Source: Cetorhinus maximus
Taxonomy: Eukaryota
Assembly (NCBI RefSeq): GCF_964194155.1
Contig: NC_135879.1
Location: 128,712,001 to 128,776,000, forward strand
Direction: 5' to 3'
DNA: 64,000 nt
Shown here piece after piece: positions 12,400-25,944 of the stretch. The notes under the pieces are model-generated. The model saw only the letters and a program-made list of their open reading frames with translations, was not told the origin of the DNA and did not search any database. A program made the translations under genes and the position numbers. Each line of letters starts with the position of its first letter. Positions within the stretch are counted from its first letter, which is position 1.

Positions 12400-14020
12400 T
12401 TAAGAACGTAATAGGAACAGGAGTAGGCCATGTGACCCCTTGAGCCTGCTCCGCCATTCAATAAGATCATAACTGATCTTGTGTTTCAAATTCCACATTC
12501 CCATCTACCCCTGATAACCTTTGATTCCCTTGCCTAACAAGAATCTTATCTACCTCCACCTTAAAAAATATTCAATGACCCCCACCTCCACTATCTTCTG
12601 AGGGAGAGAGTTCCAAAGTCGCACAACCCCCAGAGGAAAAAAATCTCCTCATCTCTGTCCTAAAAGGGTGATCACTAATTTTAAAACAGTGCCCCCTAGT
12701 TCTGGACTCACCCACAAGATGAAAAATCCTTTCCACAAACACCTTGCCAAGACCATTCAGGATCTTATATACCTCAATCAAATTTCCCCCTCATTCCTCC
12801 GAACTCCAGCAGAAACAAGCCCAGCCTGCCCAACCTTTCCTCATTAGACAACCTGCTCATTCCAGGTATCAATCTAGTAAACCCCCGCTGAACCACCTCC
12901 AATGCATTTACATCCTTCCTTAAATGAGAGCAAAACTGCAAACAGTATTTGACATGCAGTCTCACCAATGCCCTGTATAACTGAAGCATAACATCCTTAC
13001 TTTTATGTTCAATTCCTCTCATAATAAAGGATAGGATTCCATTAGTCTTCATAATTACTTGCTGTACCTGCATACTAACTTTTTGTGACTCATTTACTAG
13101 AACACCTAGATCCCGCTGCACCTTAGAATTTTGCAGCCATTCTCCATTTAAGTAATACTCTTTTTTTATTCTTCCCGCCAAAGTGAACAACTTCACATCT
13201 CCCCACATTAAACTCCATTTGCCAGACTTTGCCCACTCACTCAAACTATCTATATCCATCTACAACCTCCTTATATTTCTCTTCACAACATACTTTCCTA
13301 CCTCTCTTTGTGTCATCTGCAAATTTACCTACCTTGCCATCACTCCCTTCATCTAAGTCATTGATGTAAATTGTAAAAGGTTGAGGCCCCAGGACAGACC
13401 CCTGCCAGACTCCACTCATCACATCTTGCCAATCGGAAAAAGACCCATTTATACATGCTCTGTTTTCTGCGAGCCCGCCAATCTTCTAACCATGCTAATT
13501 GTTACCCCCTACACTGTGAGCTTTTATTTTCTGCAATAACCTTTGATGTGGCACCTTATCAAATGCCTTCTGGAAATCCAAGTACAGTATGTCTATAGGC
13601 TCCCCTTCATCCACAGCACATATTACTCATCAAAAGGCTAAAAAAAAAATGGTTAAACATGATTTCCCTTTTACAAAGCCATGTTGACTCTTCCCAATTA
13701 CCTTGAGATTTTCTAAGTGCCCAGCTGTAATCTCCTTAATGGTCGATTCTAACAACTTCCCCACGACAGACATTAAGCTAATTGGCCTATAGTTTCCTGT
13801 TTTCTGCCTCCCTCCTTTCTTGAATAGAGGGGTTATATTGGCTACTTTCTAGCCTAATGAAACCTTTTCAAAATCTAGCAAATTTTGGAAAATTAGCACC
13901 AGTGTACCAGCTACCTCATTAGCTACATCTTTTAAGACCCTAAAATATAGTTCATCAGGATTCAGAGACTTGTCAGCCCACAGCTCCAGCAGTTTTCTCA
14001 GTACTGCTCTCCTGGTGATT
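12400..14020 (-). mobile_element. CR1 LINE ORF2 (RT domain to 3' end), decayed
   Basis: RT motifs QGSVLGP (~13385-13410) and FADD (~13312-13323); ORFs 12774-13259 and 12572-12781. Confidence 0.92.
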
Positions 14021-14059
14021 TGGGCAAGATGTGGGGTTGGGGGGGAGGGGTGAGGGAGA

Positions 14060-14305
14060 GAATGTGAGGAAGTACCTTTTTACACAGCTAGTGGTAATGA
14101 CCTAGGGCTTGTTGTTCATAAGAGTGGTAGAAGAGGAGATGATCAATAATTTCAAAAGGAAATTAGATGAGCACTTGGGGGAAACAACCTTGCAGGGCTA
14201 CAGGAAGAGAGCAGGGGGAATGGTACTCACAGGGTTCCTCTAGAGAGAGCTGGCATGGACTCAATGGACCAAATGGCTTCCTTCTGTGCTGTAATGACTA
14301 TGACT
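14060..14305 (+). mobile_element. CR1 3' end fragment
   Basis: Degenerate FFTQRVV-type region followed by a CR1-type 3' UTR (ATGGACCAAATGGCTTCCTTCTGTGCTGTAA). Confidence 0.7.
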
Positions 14306-15139
14306 GTAAAGTTTGTTGCCAGTGTCAAGGAGCATGGAGCAGTCCATCACCAATCTTGCACAGAGCTGTGCACAGAACTCAGAATCTATCCTGTTCAACA
14401 TGGAAGTGGTAGACTGCTAACACTTGTGGACGCTACCACGATGGAGCATCCAATTTTTTGCATTTTTATATGCTTTTTCGTTTTATGTTGTCTCTTACTT
14501 CTATGGGGATTTTTGTCCTAGGTTTTGCTCCCTGTCACTAGTTTGTTGATTCCAGAAGAAGCAATGCAATGTGTTTTGAAATTCAATAATTAAACTAAAG
14601 TAATTTTGAATATTTAAAAACATTTACATAATTGTAGGTCAAAAATAATTTGTGGAGAATATTTTCAATTCAAAGAAGATGCACATACCAGATTGCAATC
14701 TTTCATTAATTCTATTTTCAACATAAATCTCAATTGAATTTCTCATTAAGGAGTGGGTGGAACTTCTGGGTGATTCTAATGCCTGCATCAAGATAAACTT
14801 ACTAAAGAACGGACCTTCTAAAGAGAATGATCAAAAGAATGGTATTATGGAAATTATTTTGGGAGCCTTAGAAACACTGGGATGGTTGAATAGTTGAGCT
14901 TCCAGAAGCCAGCTGCAGAGATCCATGGTCACCCTACCAGCTCTATTTGACATCAGCTCCTGTATTGGCCCTGGACAGGATTCCAACCTGGACAAGGAAT
15001 TATAAGGCCCATTAATCTCTTTCCACTATGTACAAATGAAACTACATTGCATAGGCACCCCTTGTCCTGCATGACTGCTCTATCATCTTCAAAGCTGTTG
15101 GCCACTCCAATTTGCTCCTCCTGTCTCAGGAGGGAAAAA

Positions 15140-15730
15140 TCAAGGTCTATGCCTCCTAGTTCTAGACTCTCTAGCCAGGGAAAGGGTCTTCCAGCATCTA
15201 CCCTGTCAAGCCCTCTCAGCAACTCATTTCAATTAGATCACCTATTCTGCTTCTAAACTCGAGAGACTTTAGGCCCATTCAACTCAACTACTCATTGGAT
15301 AAACCTTTCATCCCAGGAATCAATCTAACATTCAGTCAATCACCAGCCATGGTGTAAATAAATGGAATAGATTGTGGGGCTGAATGGCCAACCCTCACCC
15401 TATGTTTGTATGTGTTCATAAACCTATTGGCTCTGTAATTTACCAGTGATAATGAATATTTTCCAGCATGGCATTGTGTGGGGAGGGGAAGTCACTTATG
15501 TTCATTGAAGGTATTTTATAAGATTTAAACTTTTTCAATAGTTTGAGGGTAAAGACAGTATTAAAGATTTATTTTATTCTTTCACGGAATGTGAGCATCG
15601 CTGGCAAAGCCAGCATTTGTTGCCCATCCCTAATTGCCTAGAGGAGGTGCTGGTGAGCCGCCGCTTTGAACCACTGCAATCCATATGATGTAGACACACC
15701 TACAGTGCTGTTAGGCAAGGAGTTTCAGAT
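15140..15730 (-). mobile_element. Short LINE fragments (CR1 at 15140-15330; second-family tail at 15570-15730)
   Basis: LRGLDRVDAGRPFP peptide; GCCAGCATTTGTTGCCCATCCCTAATTGCC tail as at 62697. Confidence 0.7.
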
Positions 15731-16344
15731 TTATAGCTTTAGTTCCTGCTGTGTTGAATTTCACATCTCAGCTACATCAACAGTTTGGGTGCTAGACGTG
15801 GTATTAATCAGGAATCCCACTTCTGAAATCAACTTCATAACTCCTGCTGGTGGAGTGTGCGCGCACGTGCAGGTACAACCATTTGAACAGATACAGGAGG
15901 TCAGTTGCATTAATGGAATTATAGCCCAATCAGTGGTCAACAAATTGGGAGCTAAAGGAATTAAGGCTGATAACTAAACCAAACCCCAAAAAGATTTTCA
16001 CAGGTACAACTTGCTAGGCAAATGAGAATGGCATGAGGAAAGGAATACTGATTCACCTAAACAAAATGTTTATTTTGTGTATGCACGCCTGGAAGGTATA
16101 AAGGTTAGTTCTGTACCTCAACTATTATATACACATGAGAGCATTCTTTTCTCAGCAAACTTTAAAACCCTGGAAAAATGCAATATACATCAGCTCCTTT
16201 TGACAGATTCTGATATTGCACACCTTTCTCTAACTCCCCTGTAGTTCAGGAACAGCAGTGGTTTTGCTCAATTACCCCACTTTTGTTCATAAATTTCTGG
16301 TTGCAGTAGCATAGTAGTACTCCACCAAAAGCAAAGTATTACAA

Positions 16345-19300
16345 AATTATTTATATTTCATATTTTATTCAAAAAAGTGACAAATTTGATAACCTTTGTA
16401 AATACAGTGATTAACATGCTAGTTTGAAAACTTTAAAGGACAATATCATTTAGTCTACAGTCACTGCAAGCCAAAAGGTATTTTACTTAAACACCTGCTT
16501 AAATCATATCTACATTCCATTGTTTTTGAAGTTTTAAATGTAAATTTGCAGCATTATATAAATACTAGTAGTAGTTGTACTGCTTGCTAAAGATCTAATA
16601 CAAACAGTACTGTGGACTAACTTTCAAGTTAGATTTCAATTAAACATTTTCCCCCATTTGTAGAATTATTCAAAAAGTATGTTGCAAAGATCATAAAAGC
16701 AGCATTCCCAAAGTCTGAAGGTATATACACAAAGGAATGGTTTGATTAAAAAATACAAATGTCCAGAGGTGTAGTATTTGTAAAGGAGAAACATAACAGA
16801 AAAGATACATATAAAACAATAAAATCCCAAAATGCATACATAATCATATGAAGAAAATGATGATTGACAACTAGACATTACTTCAAAGACTTGGATATTT
16901 TAAAATACAAATACTGCACAAAACAACATTTCTAGAGCACACACCATTCATGTCTAGTGCCTTTTAAAGTGCACCACCTAAGGATAAAGCTGCCTCATCA
17001 TATGTTTCACATTACTCAGAAAAAGCTATTGCAACATTTTCTATAAGGCAAACTTTAATTGCTGCAGAACACTGTATATTTTTATTTAAATACCCATTGA
17101 TTGCACTCATGATGGACTACTTCCAAGAATGTGTGTGTTAAACTAGGATTCCTGGATGAAGGATTGATGGAGCATTCAAGTGTTAGTAAGCCTGGGGTCA
17201 TCATAAAGGTTTCCTCAGATCAATTACCCAGTTATTAAACACAAAATTAAGTTTGTGGCTTGTCTGACCAAGTGCCATATATCAGCTGAACCCATAACTA
17301 AAAATTCACACAACTTGAAGCCTCATTGGTTTCGTTGTCCCAAAAGCTTACTCAATGAGCAATCAATAAAAACATTGTGTCATGCAATTTTAAGTAATTT
17401 TTACATAGTATAATGCACATACAAGATCAATTATTGCAACATACAGCATAATGAAAGCTGCCTTGCTGCCAATTCTATATGTAGAAGGCAAGTAGATGTA
17501 TCCCATATGTTAAAGAAGCTTTATTGCACATAAATACAATGTAAACATTACAAAAACATTTCTTGGTAACATTTTACTGTCCTGGTCAATGTACAGTAAA
17601 CATTTATGGTAATGATTATAGTGTTACAAAGACATTTAAATGGGCCTGGTGCACATTAGTGTTTCTTCCATGGTGCGACAACTGGCTGAACCTTCCAGAA
17701 CCTTAAAAGGGCCGGGATTAATATTTTATTTTTTTTAAAAGAGCATAGAGTTCCTATATCTTCGACACAATTTTTCTTCAACCAGCATGACAAAATGGTT
17801 ATTTTTCATGTGAATACAGACATTGACTGCCAGTAGGTTATTCACCATGCAGTGCACTATTGTGGAGCTTGATGGTGTTTTCATTTCCTGTCCAGATATG
17901 TGCATCCTTTCCAGCAGGATTGCTGGATAGCAAATGAATTATCGTAACACTGGTTGCTTTCCCCCCAACTTCCCCAGCTCAGGAGTAATGATGTCAGTTA
18001 TAGCATCCAAAAAGTACCTTGGCTGAGAAGTTAGCACAAATTAAACCTGTAATCTTCTGATTTACATGGCGCAAAGGCACACTGGGCAGTGCCAATACTC
18101 ATTAAGCTTTTTTTAAAAACAATACTATATTTTATAATTGTTCTTCAAAAGCAGGTGTGTAGTTTTCTTTTACAAAGATGGCACAGCATTTACAAATACT
18201 GATTCTATTAGCACTTTGCAGTGGTCAGCTGTGTACAATTCAAAGTATCACATCAGTTTGGTATTGAATTAAGAAAATAATGTGTTTTTATTCATTCAGG
18301 TTGACTCCAGTTTTGTTGTATGCTAATTTATGTCCACATGTCAATTTGAAGACAATTATGAATTAACTTTCCTCACAGAAATTTGTAAACCAATCACAGT
18401 TGACATTTTAGCTCAAGGGTATAACATTATATATTGCCTCTATACCACATCAAAATAGTATTGCATTCTCAGAATTAAGATTGATAATCCTTGGGGAAAA
18501 TTACAGCTCTAATATAGACAGATACATTTGTCCCGATTTTTGTTTTAGATACATATGTATAATTTGAACAGATTTGAAAAATATCCCTGCATGGAAAAGT
18601 TATTAGAAAACAAGATTTAAGCATCTGTAATCTGCAACTGTGGAACTAGCTATTTTCCTCAAGGGTTAGGCCAAAATACCACCATTCAAAGAGCAATGCA
18701 TACACATTTGTGTAGAATTCACATCTTTGCAAATCAATTGGACAAAGTGGAGCACAATGGTTTATATTTATCAACACCCTCCTTCAATTTTCTCCCCTCA
18801 AAGTGCCAACTCTTACTGAAAGAGCTGGAAGCCCTTCAATGCTTCACTTAAATTACTTTTCTCAATGTGGAAACCCATGCAGTGAGTCAGCAGGCTACTA
18901 GAACATGGAAGGCAACACAATGAAGCCCAGCATCCTTACCCAATGCCCATGCAAGAACGTTTTTCAACTGGACAGGAATAAGAATCTCACTTTTTATTCC
19001 ACTCGATCACACAATAGCCAATTGCAGCACCTTAAGTACTGCCCTAGTTGAGTTTATCTAACTTATCACAAAGCAGGAGTCAAATCTAGGGCCTTCTGGG
19101 ATGTAAGAATTTTATATTGAAATTATTTTAAAATTTAACTTGAGCAGCAAATTTATTTCTAGATTAACCAATTATATAATAAAACCTATTTATCAATTGT
19201 TTTGGTACCCTTGCCCTCATACAATTTAGATATGGTAAAGTGAACATGAAGTAAGGAGAACAGCTTAATTGTCAAGACACACAAAGTTTTTCTTTTACAA

Positions 19301-20169
19301 GCCACAAATCCTTTCACTTTCAGGCCACATTTTCCCCTCCCCAGGTTTAAGAATCTCAGAAGATACTGCTTTTTCAAACAGTATAGCTGCCCTATTTTAC
19401 TGTTGCGAAGAAAACAAAAATAATGGTGTTTAGTCCGGCACACTCCTAAGGTATTATGACTCAGCATTAGGCTGATTCTTGGTCAGTCGGGGATATTTTT
19501 GGCCAGAAGTTAAGGTGTTATCTAGAATTCTTCCATTCATACATAGCATTGCAAGGATACAACTCTTGTTGCCCCTAATTTATACCACATCCAATCCAAG
19601 AATGCTTCATGCACACAACAGTGAAGGTGGGGGGGGAAGAGACAAGAAGAAAGTAATTTTATTCCCCAAAGATTTCCAATCAGTTGGTATTTTCTAAACT
19701 GGGGTGCCCATTTCCAAAAGGTGCAACCCATGGAATTCATCAAGCACATAGCATCAAGAGTATGTGCCTTCGATAACCTGCATAAAAACTTCCTAAGCAC
19801 ATGCAGTTGAATTAGTTTTAATTGGATCATTTCTTATTTTTGAAAAATCATATCAGCAATTAGAACAGTTTTAGAAATTTCCAGGGAAAAGGGGTAACTA
19901 CTATGAAGCACAAAGTTGGTTTATGGCAAGAACTCGAAAACATTGGATGCAGAAAAATTTTGAACAATTATGTTGACCATTCAAATCCACACGTATAGAT
20001 CTAAGGTTCAAAGAAGAAAAGCAAACTAATTAACATGATTTGAACATTGTTAGTTTATCATGTGGATGCCCACATATGACACACATTGTAAAAAACAGAA
20101 AACACATGGGGAAAAAAATCCCAATTTTGCACATTCGTTGATGTAAACATCACTGCCATACTTTGGTTT
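16345..20169 (-). other. RELL1: Putative long AT-rich 3' UTR of RELL1
   Basis: About 3.8 kb free of recognisable LINEs downstream of the stop at 20170, with AATAAA on the - strand at 17520-17525 and 16364-16369. Confidence 0.55.
16364..16369 (-). terminator. Candidate distal polyadenylation signal of RELL1
   Basis: AATAAA on the - strand, followed by U/GU-rich AATTTTGTAATACTTTGCTTTTGGTGG. Confidence 0.5.
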
Positions 20170-20245
20170 TCATTCAGAAAAATCCATCGCTCCTCTCATC
20201 TGCTCTTGACTAAAGTACTTTCTTCTGCCAAGATACAAAGGTTCA
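20170..20245 (-). CDS. RELL1: RELL1 terminal exon, coding part (H-EPLYLGRRKYFSQEQMRGAMDFSE*); coding only if the proximal donor of the micro-exon is used
   Basis: Acceptor CTTCCCTTTTGTTTCTATAACAG| at 20246. One nt plus 24 codons plus TGA (20172-20170); the phase matches the exon ending at 35574. Confidence 0.6.
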
Positions 20246-21139
20246 CTGTTATAGAAACAAAAGGGAAGTTCAGATTCATTATTACTGACAATTAAACAGG
20301 ATATTAGTCAGCAATAAGAGCTTTATTCAGTTTAAAAATGGTTCCATTCAATTTCACAAAGCAAAAGAACAACAATGTAAAATGTTTAAAATCAGTCGTC
20401 ACATTCCTCCAATATTACCATTTCTGGTCTTTTTTCATTCTCTTCAACTGCTGGGCCAAACCCAAGGCCTCCATTTTTTTTCAAACAACTGCATGGGAGT
20501 AGTGGATAGGGTGTATATGGGAGCCCAATATTGGACGATGAACCCTGCAAGGTTGGGGACATGGAGGCTTGTTGGTCTTAACACCACACTGCATTTGAAT
20601 AAATATTTCCAGATTCCCACCCAACACCCAACTAGATTGATTACCTGGCAAGCAGACAAGTTTGGGCATCTGGCATTACGACATCATAGCCATGGACCCT
20701 TAGGAAATAGTACCCAGCGGCCAGCATGTGGAGAGGGTTCCCTCATCATCATGGGAGAAGTAGGTGGGGTTTCCTTTCAATGGGGTTAGGGGGTGAGGAG
20801 GAATGGTGGAGCTGGGGATTCACCAAAAATCATGGGAATTCTGGGACTAGGGAGGCGCAAAGACTTTTGAGGGGCCAAGACTACTCAAGGGGCCTGGAGA
20901 GAGTACTCCTGCTTCTCCTAGCACACAAGGAGCTGAACAACATGCCAAGTTTCAAAACTTACCTGGGCACTGGCCAGGTGGCTGCTTCCTGCAGTTCTCC
21001 AAGTGGATCTTAAAACTACTTTGTGGCACTGATACGTCATGGAGCCTGAACTTTTAAATCTTAAGTAGGTGCCTGCCTGCTTTTAGCGGGAGCCTTGTCC
21101 ATGACCGGAATTGGCACTGTAAATGTTACAACGACCAGG

Positions 21140-22230
21140 AATCTTCTTCAATGATCAGCCTTCCATCATAAGTGGGGATGTTCACTGATGATTGCACAAT
21201 GTTCAGCACCATTTGCCATTCCTCAGATACTGAAGCAGTCCATGTCCAAATGAAGCAAGACCTGGACAATATCCAGACTTGAGCTGACAAGTGGCAAGTA
21301 ACATTCGCGCCACACAAGTGCCAGGCAATGGCCATCTCCAACAAGAGAGAATCTAACCGTCACCCCTTGATATTCAATGACATAATCATCACTGAATCCC
21401 CCACTATCAACATCCTTGGGGGGGGTTACCATTGATCAGAAACTGAACTGGACTAGCCATGTAAATGCTTTGGCTACAAGAGCAGGACAGAGGCTAGGGA
21501 CCCTACAGCAAATAACTCACCTCCTGATTCCCCAAAGAACATAAGAACAAGGGACCATTCGGCCCCTCGAGCCTGCTCCGCCATTCAATAAGATCATGGC
21601 TGATCTTCTTGTGTTTCGATTTCCACATTCCCATTTAACCCCGATAACCTTTGATTCCCTTGCCTAACAAGAATCTATCTACCTCTGAATTAAAAATATT
21701 CAATGACCCCGCCTCCACTACCTGTCCACCATCAACATGGCACAAGTCAGGAGTGTGATGGAATACTCCCCACTTGCCTGGATGAGAGTAGCTCCAAAAA
21801 CACTCAAGAAGCTTGACAACATCCAGGTCAGAGCAACCCCCTTGATTGGCAGCCATTCACTTCCTCCGCCATAGATACACAGTGGCAGCAGAGTGTCCCA
21901 TATAAAAGATGCACTACAGCGACTCACCAAGACTCCTTAGACAGCACCTTCCAAACCCATGACCACTACCATCTAGAAGGACAAGGGCAGTAGGCACATG
22001 GGAACACCACCACCTGGAAGTTCCCCTCTAAGCCACTCGTCATCCTGACTTAGAAAGATATCGCTATTCTTCACTGTCGCTGGGTCAAAATCCTGGAACT
22101 TCCTCCCTAACAGCACTGTGGGTGCACCTACACCACAGCGGTTCAAGAAGGCAGCTCACCGCCACCTTCTCAAAGGAAATTAGGGATGGGCAATGAATGC
22201 TAGCCTAGCCAGCAATGCCCACAACCCATA
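21140..22230 (+). mobile_element. LINE (CR1/L2-clade, second family), RT to 3' end, with a nested inverted CR1 tail at ~21537-21720
   Basis: GMFTDDCTMF...QDLDNIQ...WQVTFAPHKC motif, inverted homologue of 62660-64000. Confidence 0.88.
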
Positions 22231-22419
22231 AATATTTTTTTAAAAATCCAAGGACTTAGAAGCAGGATGTCCAGTTTCAGGATATTTACCCCTGGAAAGG
22301 GTCAAGTGAGGGTTATATTGAGGCCTAAAAATCAGCTACTTTACATTAACTAATACATTACATGCAATATATCTCCTTAAAGATTTTATTCACTTCCACA
22401 TTAATGGTACTACATACGA

Positions 22420-23810
22420 ACAAACATATAAATTAAGAGTAGGACATTTAGCCCCTCCAGCCTGCTCCGCCATTTGATAACATTATGGCTGATCTGATTA
22501 TGGTCTCGACTCCACTTTCCTGTCTACTTCCTATAACCTTTGACTCCCTTATTAGCTAAGAATCTGCCTAACTCAGCCTTAAAAATATTCAAAGACCCTG
22601 CCTCCACTGCAGCCTGGGGAAAAGAATTCCGCAAACTGATGACCCTCAGTGAAAAAAATTCTCCTCATCTCCATCTTAAATGGGAGACCCCTTATTTTTA
22701 ACTGTGTCCCCTAGTTTTAGTCTCTCCCTTAAGAGAAAACATCCTTTCAGCAGCCAACTGGTTAAGCCCCCTCAGGATCTTATATGTTTCATTACGATCA
22801 CTGCTCATTCTTTTAAACTCCAGTGGATCCAGGCCCAACCTGTCCAACCTTTCCTCATAAGATAATTAAGTTTACAAAATTATGAGGGGTATGGACAGAG
22901 TAAATGCAAATAGGCTCTTTCCACTTAGATTAGGAGAGATAAACACGAGAGGACATGGCTTTAGGGTGAAAGGGGAAAGGTTTAGGGGGAACTTCTTCAC
23001 TCAGAGAGTGGTGGGAGTGTGGAACGAGCTGCCATCTGACGTGGTAAATGCAGGCTCACTCTTAAGTTTTAAGAATAAATTGGATAGATACATGGATGGG
23101 AGAGGTCTGGAAGGTTATGGACTGGGTGTAGGTCAATGGGACTAGTGGAAAAATATTTCGGCACAGACTAGAAGGGCCGAATGGCCTGTTTTTCTGTGCT
23201 GTGGTGTTCTATGGTTCTAACCCCTTCATCAATCAAGTGAACCTTCTCTGAACTGCTTCCAATGCAATTATATATTTTCTTAAGTATGGAGACCAAAACT
23301 GTACACAGTATTCCAGATGTGGTCTCAGCAAAGCCCTATACAATTGTAGCAAAACTTCCCTACTTTTATATTCCTTTCCCCTTGCAATAAACGCCATCAT
23401 TCCATTTGCCTTCCCGATCATTTGCACCTGCATACCAACTTTTTGTGATTCATGTACCAGGACACCCAGATCTCTCTGTACCACCAGGTTCTGCAACCTC
23501 TCTCCATTTAAATAATATACTGCTTTTCTATTCTTCCTGCCAAAGTGGACAACCTCACATTTTCCCACATTATATTCCATTTGCCAAAGTTTTGCCCACT
23601 CACCTAACCTATCAATATCCTTTTGCAGACTCCTTATGTCCTCTTCACAACTTACTCTCCTACCTATCTTTGTGTCATCAGCAAATTTAGCAACCCACAC
23701 ATTAGGTCCCTTCATCCAAGTCATTGATGTAGATTGTAAACATTTCAGGGCCCAACACTGATCCCTCTGGCACTCCACTAGTTACAGCTTGCTAACCTGA
23801 AAATGACTGT
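22420..23810 (-). mobile_element. CR1 LINE ORF2 fragment, split by an opposite-strand CR1 insertion
   Basis: ORF 23233-23778: KFADDTKIG...QRDLGVLVH...RPHLEYCVQFWSPY; 3' end at 22420-22865. Confidence 0.92.
22868..23219 (+). mobile_element. CR1 3' fragment of a different, probably younger subfamily, nested in the CR1 above
   Basis: Uninterrupted ORF MRGMDRV...TRGHGFRVKG...FFTQRVVGVWNELP; tail TTCTATGGTTCTA. Confidence 0.85.
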
Positions 23811-24187
23811 TGCTGTACTAATGAAATCACAGCAAGCAATCACTATCTTTAAATGTGACACAAACACAAGAGCAACTTTATCAAATACTTCATTTAGTAG
23901 ACCACATTAATGTCACATTTCTGGATTTACATCTATTCTACTGGGAAAGGAATGTTAGTTTAAGCTACAATATAATTTAGATATCTAAGATTCAAAGATT
24001 TTAATGCAGTAAGTATTAGCACATTTTTTCTAATTCAGGGGAGCAGTCTTGTAGACATTTAAACCACCAGAATGAAGGAACGTCTCTAAGCTCTTGAAAG
24101 ATTGAGCCAGCCACCAAACTAATTATTTTTATTAGATCAAGACAAATAAACTGCTGGCACACACAGATGATTCTAGGCAGCATATGT

Positions 24188-24280
24188 AGTTCTGATGAAA
24201 GGAGTCTTGAAACATTAGCTCTGTTTCTCACCACAGATGCTGCCTGACCTGCTGAGCTTTTCAAGCATTTTTGTTTTTAT
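24188..24280 (+). ncRNA. Minimal hammerhead-ribozyme-like motif at the head of a Penelope-type short repeat
   Basis: AGTT-CTGATGA-aaggagtctt-GAAA-CA-TT-AGCT, with core boxes and helix I (AGTT/AGCT). The downstream CACAGATGCTGCCTGACCTGCTGAG sequence is also seen degenerate at 42910-43020. Confidence 0.55.
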
Positions 24281-24714
24281 TACTTTTAGTGGTCACTTCT
24301 GTTTTGCCTGCGAGCACTCAAGGCCTGATCTGGTTTCCATTATGTGGAGGATGTTACCAATTTAACTGGCAACCCTACTGGCCTGGGTCAGGGAGCAAGC
24401 AGAATACAAGACGCCTAAATTCCAGTGAATACAAGCTAGCAAGAAACATGTGGCTTGCTGTGTAATGATAAGTCTGAGTGAGATCCAATAAGCAAGGACA
24501 AACTTGTCAATTTTAAATACGTCAATTTGTTGCCCGTAAAGTAGAGCAGATTAACATTCATGGTCTTGTATCATTAAAATAAAATGAATCCACCCACTGA
24601 AAGTTTGCTGAAGCATGTGAGGATGTGGAAAGACACAATATCCAGTTCAGATCATACATTCGCAGGTTATGCCATTATATAAATGGATATTCAAGCCTAC
24701 TCCAGCAAACCATG

Positions 24715-25200
24715 CCTCACACCTGGATGAGTGCAGCTCCAACAACACTCAAGAAGCTTAACACCATCCAGCACAAAGCAGCCCGCTTGATTGGTACCTC
24801 ATCCACAAACATTCACACCCTCACATCGATACACAGTGGCAGGAGTGTGTACCACCTACAAGATGCACTGTAGCAACTCACCAAGGCTCCTTAGACAGCA
24901 CTTCCAAACCCACCACCACTACCATCTAGAAGGACAAGGGCAGCAGATACATGGGAACACTACCACCTGGAAGTTCCCCTCCAAGCCACTCATGATCTTG
25001 ACTTGGAAATATATCGCCGTTCCTTCACTGTCGCTGGGTCAAAATCTTGAAATTCCCTAACAGCACTGTGGGCATACCTACACCACAGGGAATGCAGCGG
25101 TTCAAGGAGGCAGCTCACCATCACCTTCGAGGGCAATTTGGATGGGCAATAAATGCTGGCATAACCAGCGACGTCACACCCCGTGAATAAATAAAAAACA
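24715..25200 (+). mobile_element. LINE 3' fragment (second family)
   Basis: WMSAAPTTLKKLNTIQHKAARLIG peptide; tail ending in GAATAAATAAAAAA. Confidence 0.88.
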
Positions 25201-25944
25201 ACACCCACTTAACTTGTAAGTGCACCCATCGCCATCTGTCTATACATTTCTCACCGCCCCATTTCTCCATCCAGCATTGACTCTCACTCTCATTTTTATG
25301 CAATGTCATGCCTCTTGCTCATAGTGACCCTCAACAAATGCTCTCCATCCATCTATTCAATAAATGGCAATACTCTCACTCATAGATCTCTCCCTTCCTT
25401 GCAAGAGAATAGAACACAGAACATCAGAGACAGACAAAAAACCAAAATGACCTTCCAGCCATTTCTCAAGTGACAGCTGGACATTAGGGGAGTTTTGGCA
25501 TGTTTGGCCATCAGAGATGGAGCCCCCCAAACTAATGGGGAAATAATTAAATACCAGACAGCCACATGGCACAGAACAGTCACTCATATTGACTTGATGT
25601 CAGCAGCTGAGTAAAATATGGTCATGAAACATTTTTAACTCAAGAGTTCTAATTCTGAATTTTAATCTCCTATAGTGTCCCACAGGCGGTGGTCAGGACA
25701 AAAATGCCGCCGACTCTTCAGAAGAGTTCACACATTCTGAGGGTGCACCATCACAGGGCTTATGCAGACCTTGCACTAGCTTAGACACTCTCAAATCACA
25801 AGAAAGAGCAGAAGAAGACGACAGGGACGGAAGTGCAGGATTGGAAGGCATAGGATCCTCCAAGCTCTGCTCAGCTAAACACAAATGCTGTATTCCAGGG
25901 ACGCCGACAAACAGGGTTCTTCTGGATCAACAGCAAAATGTCTG

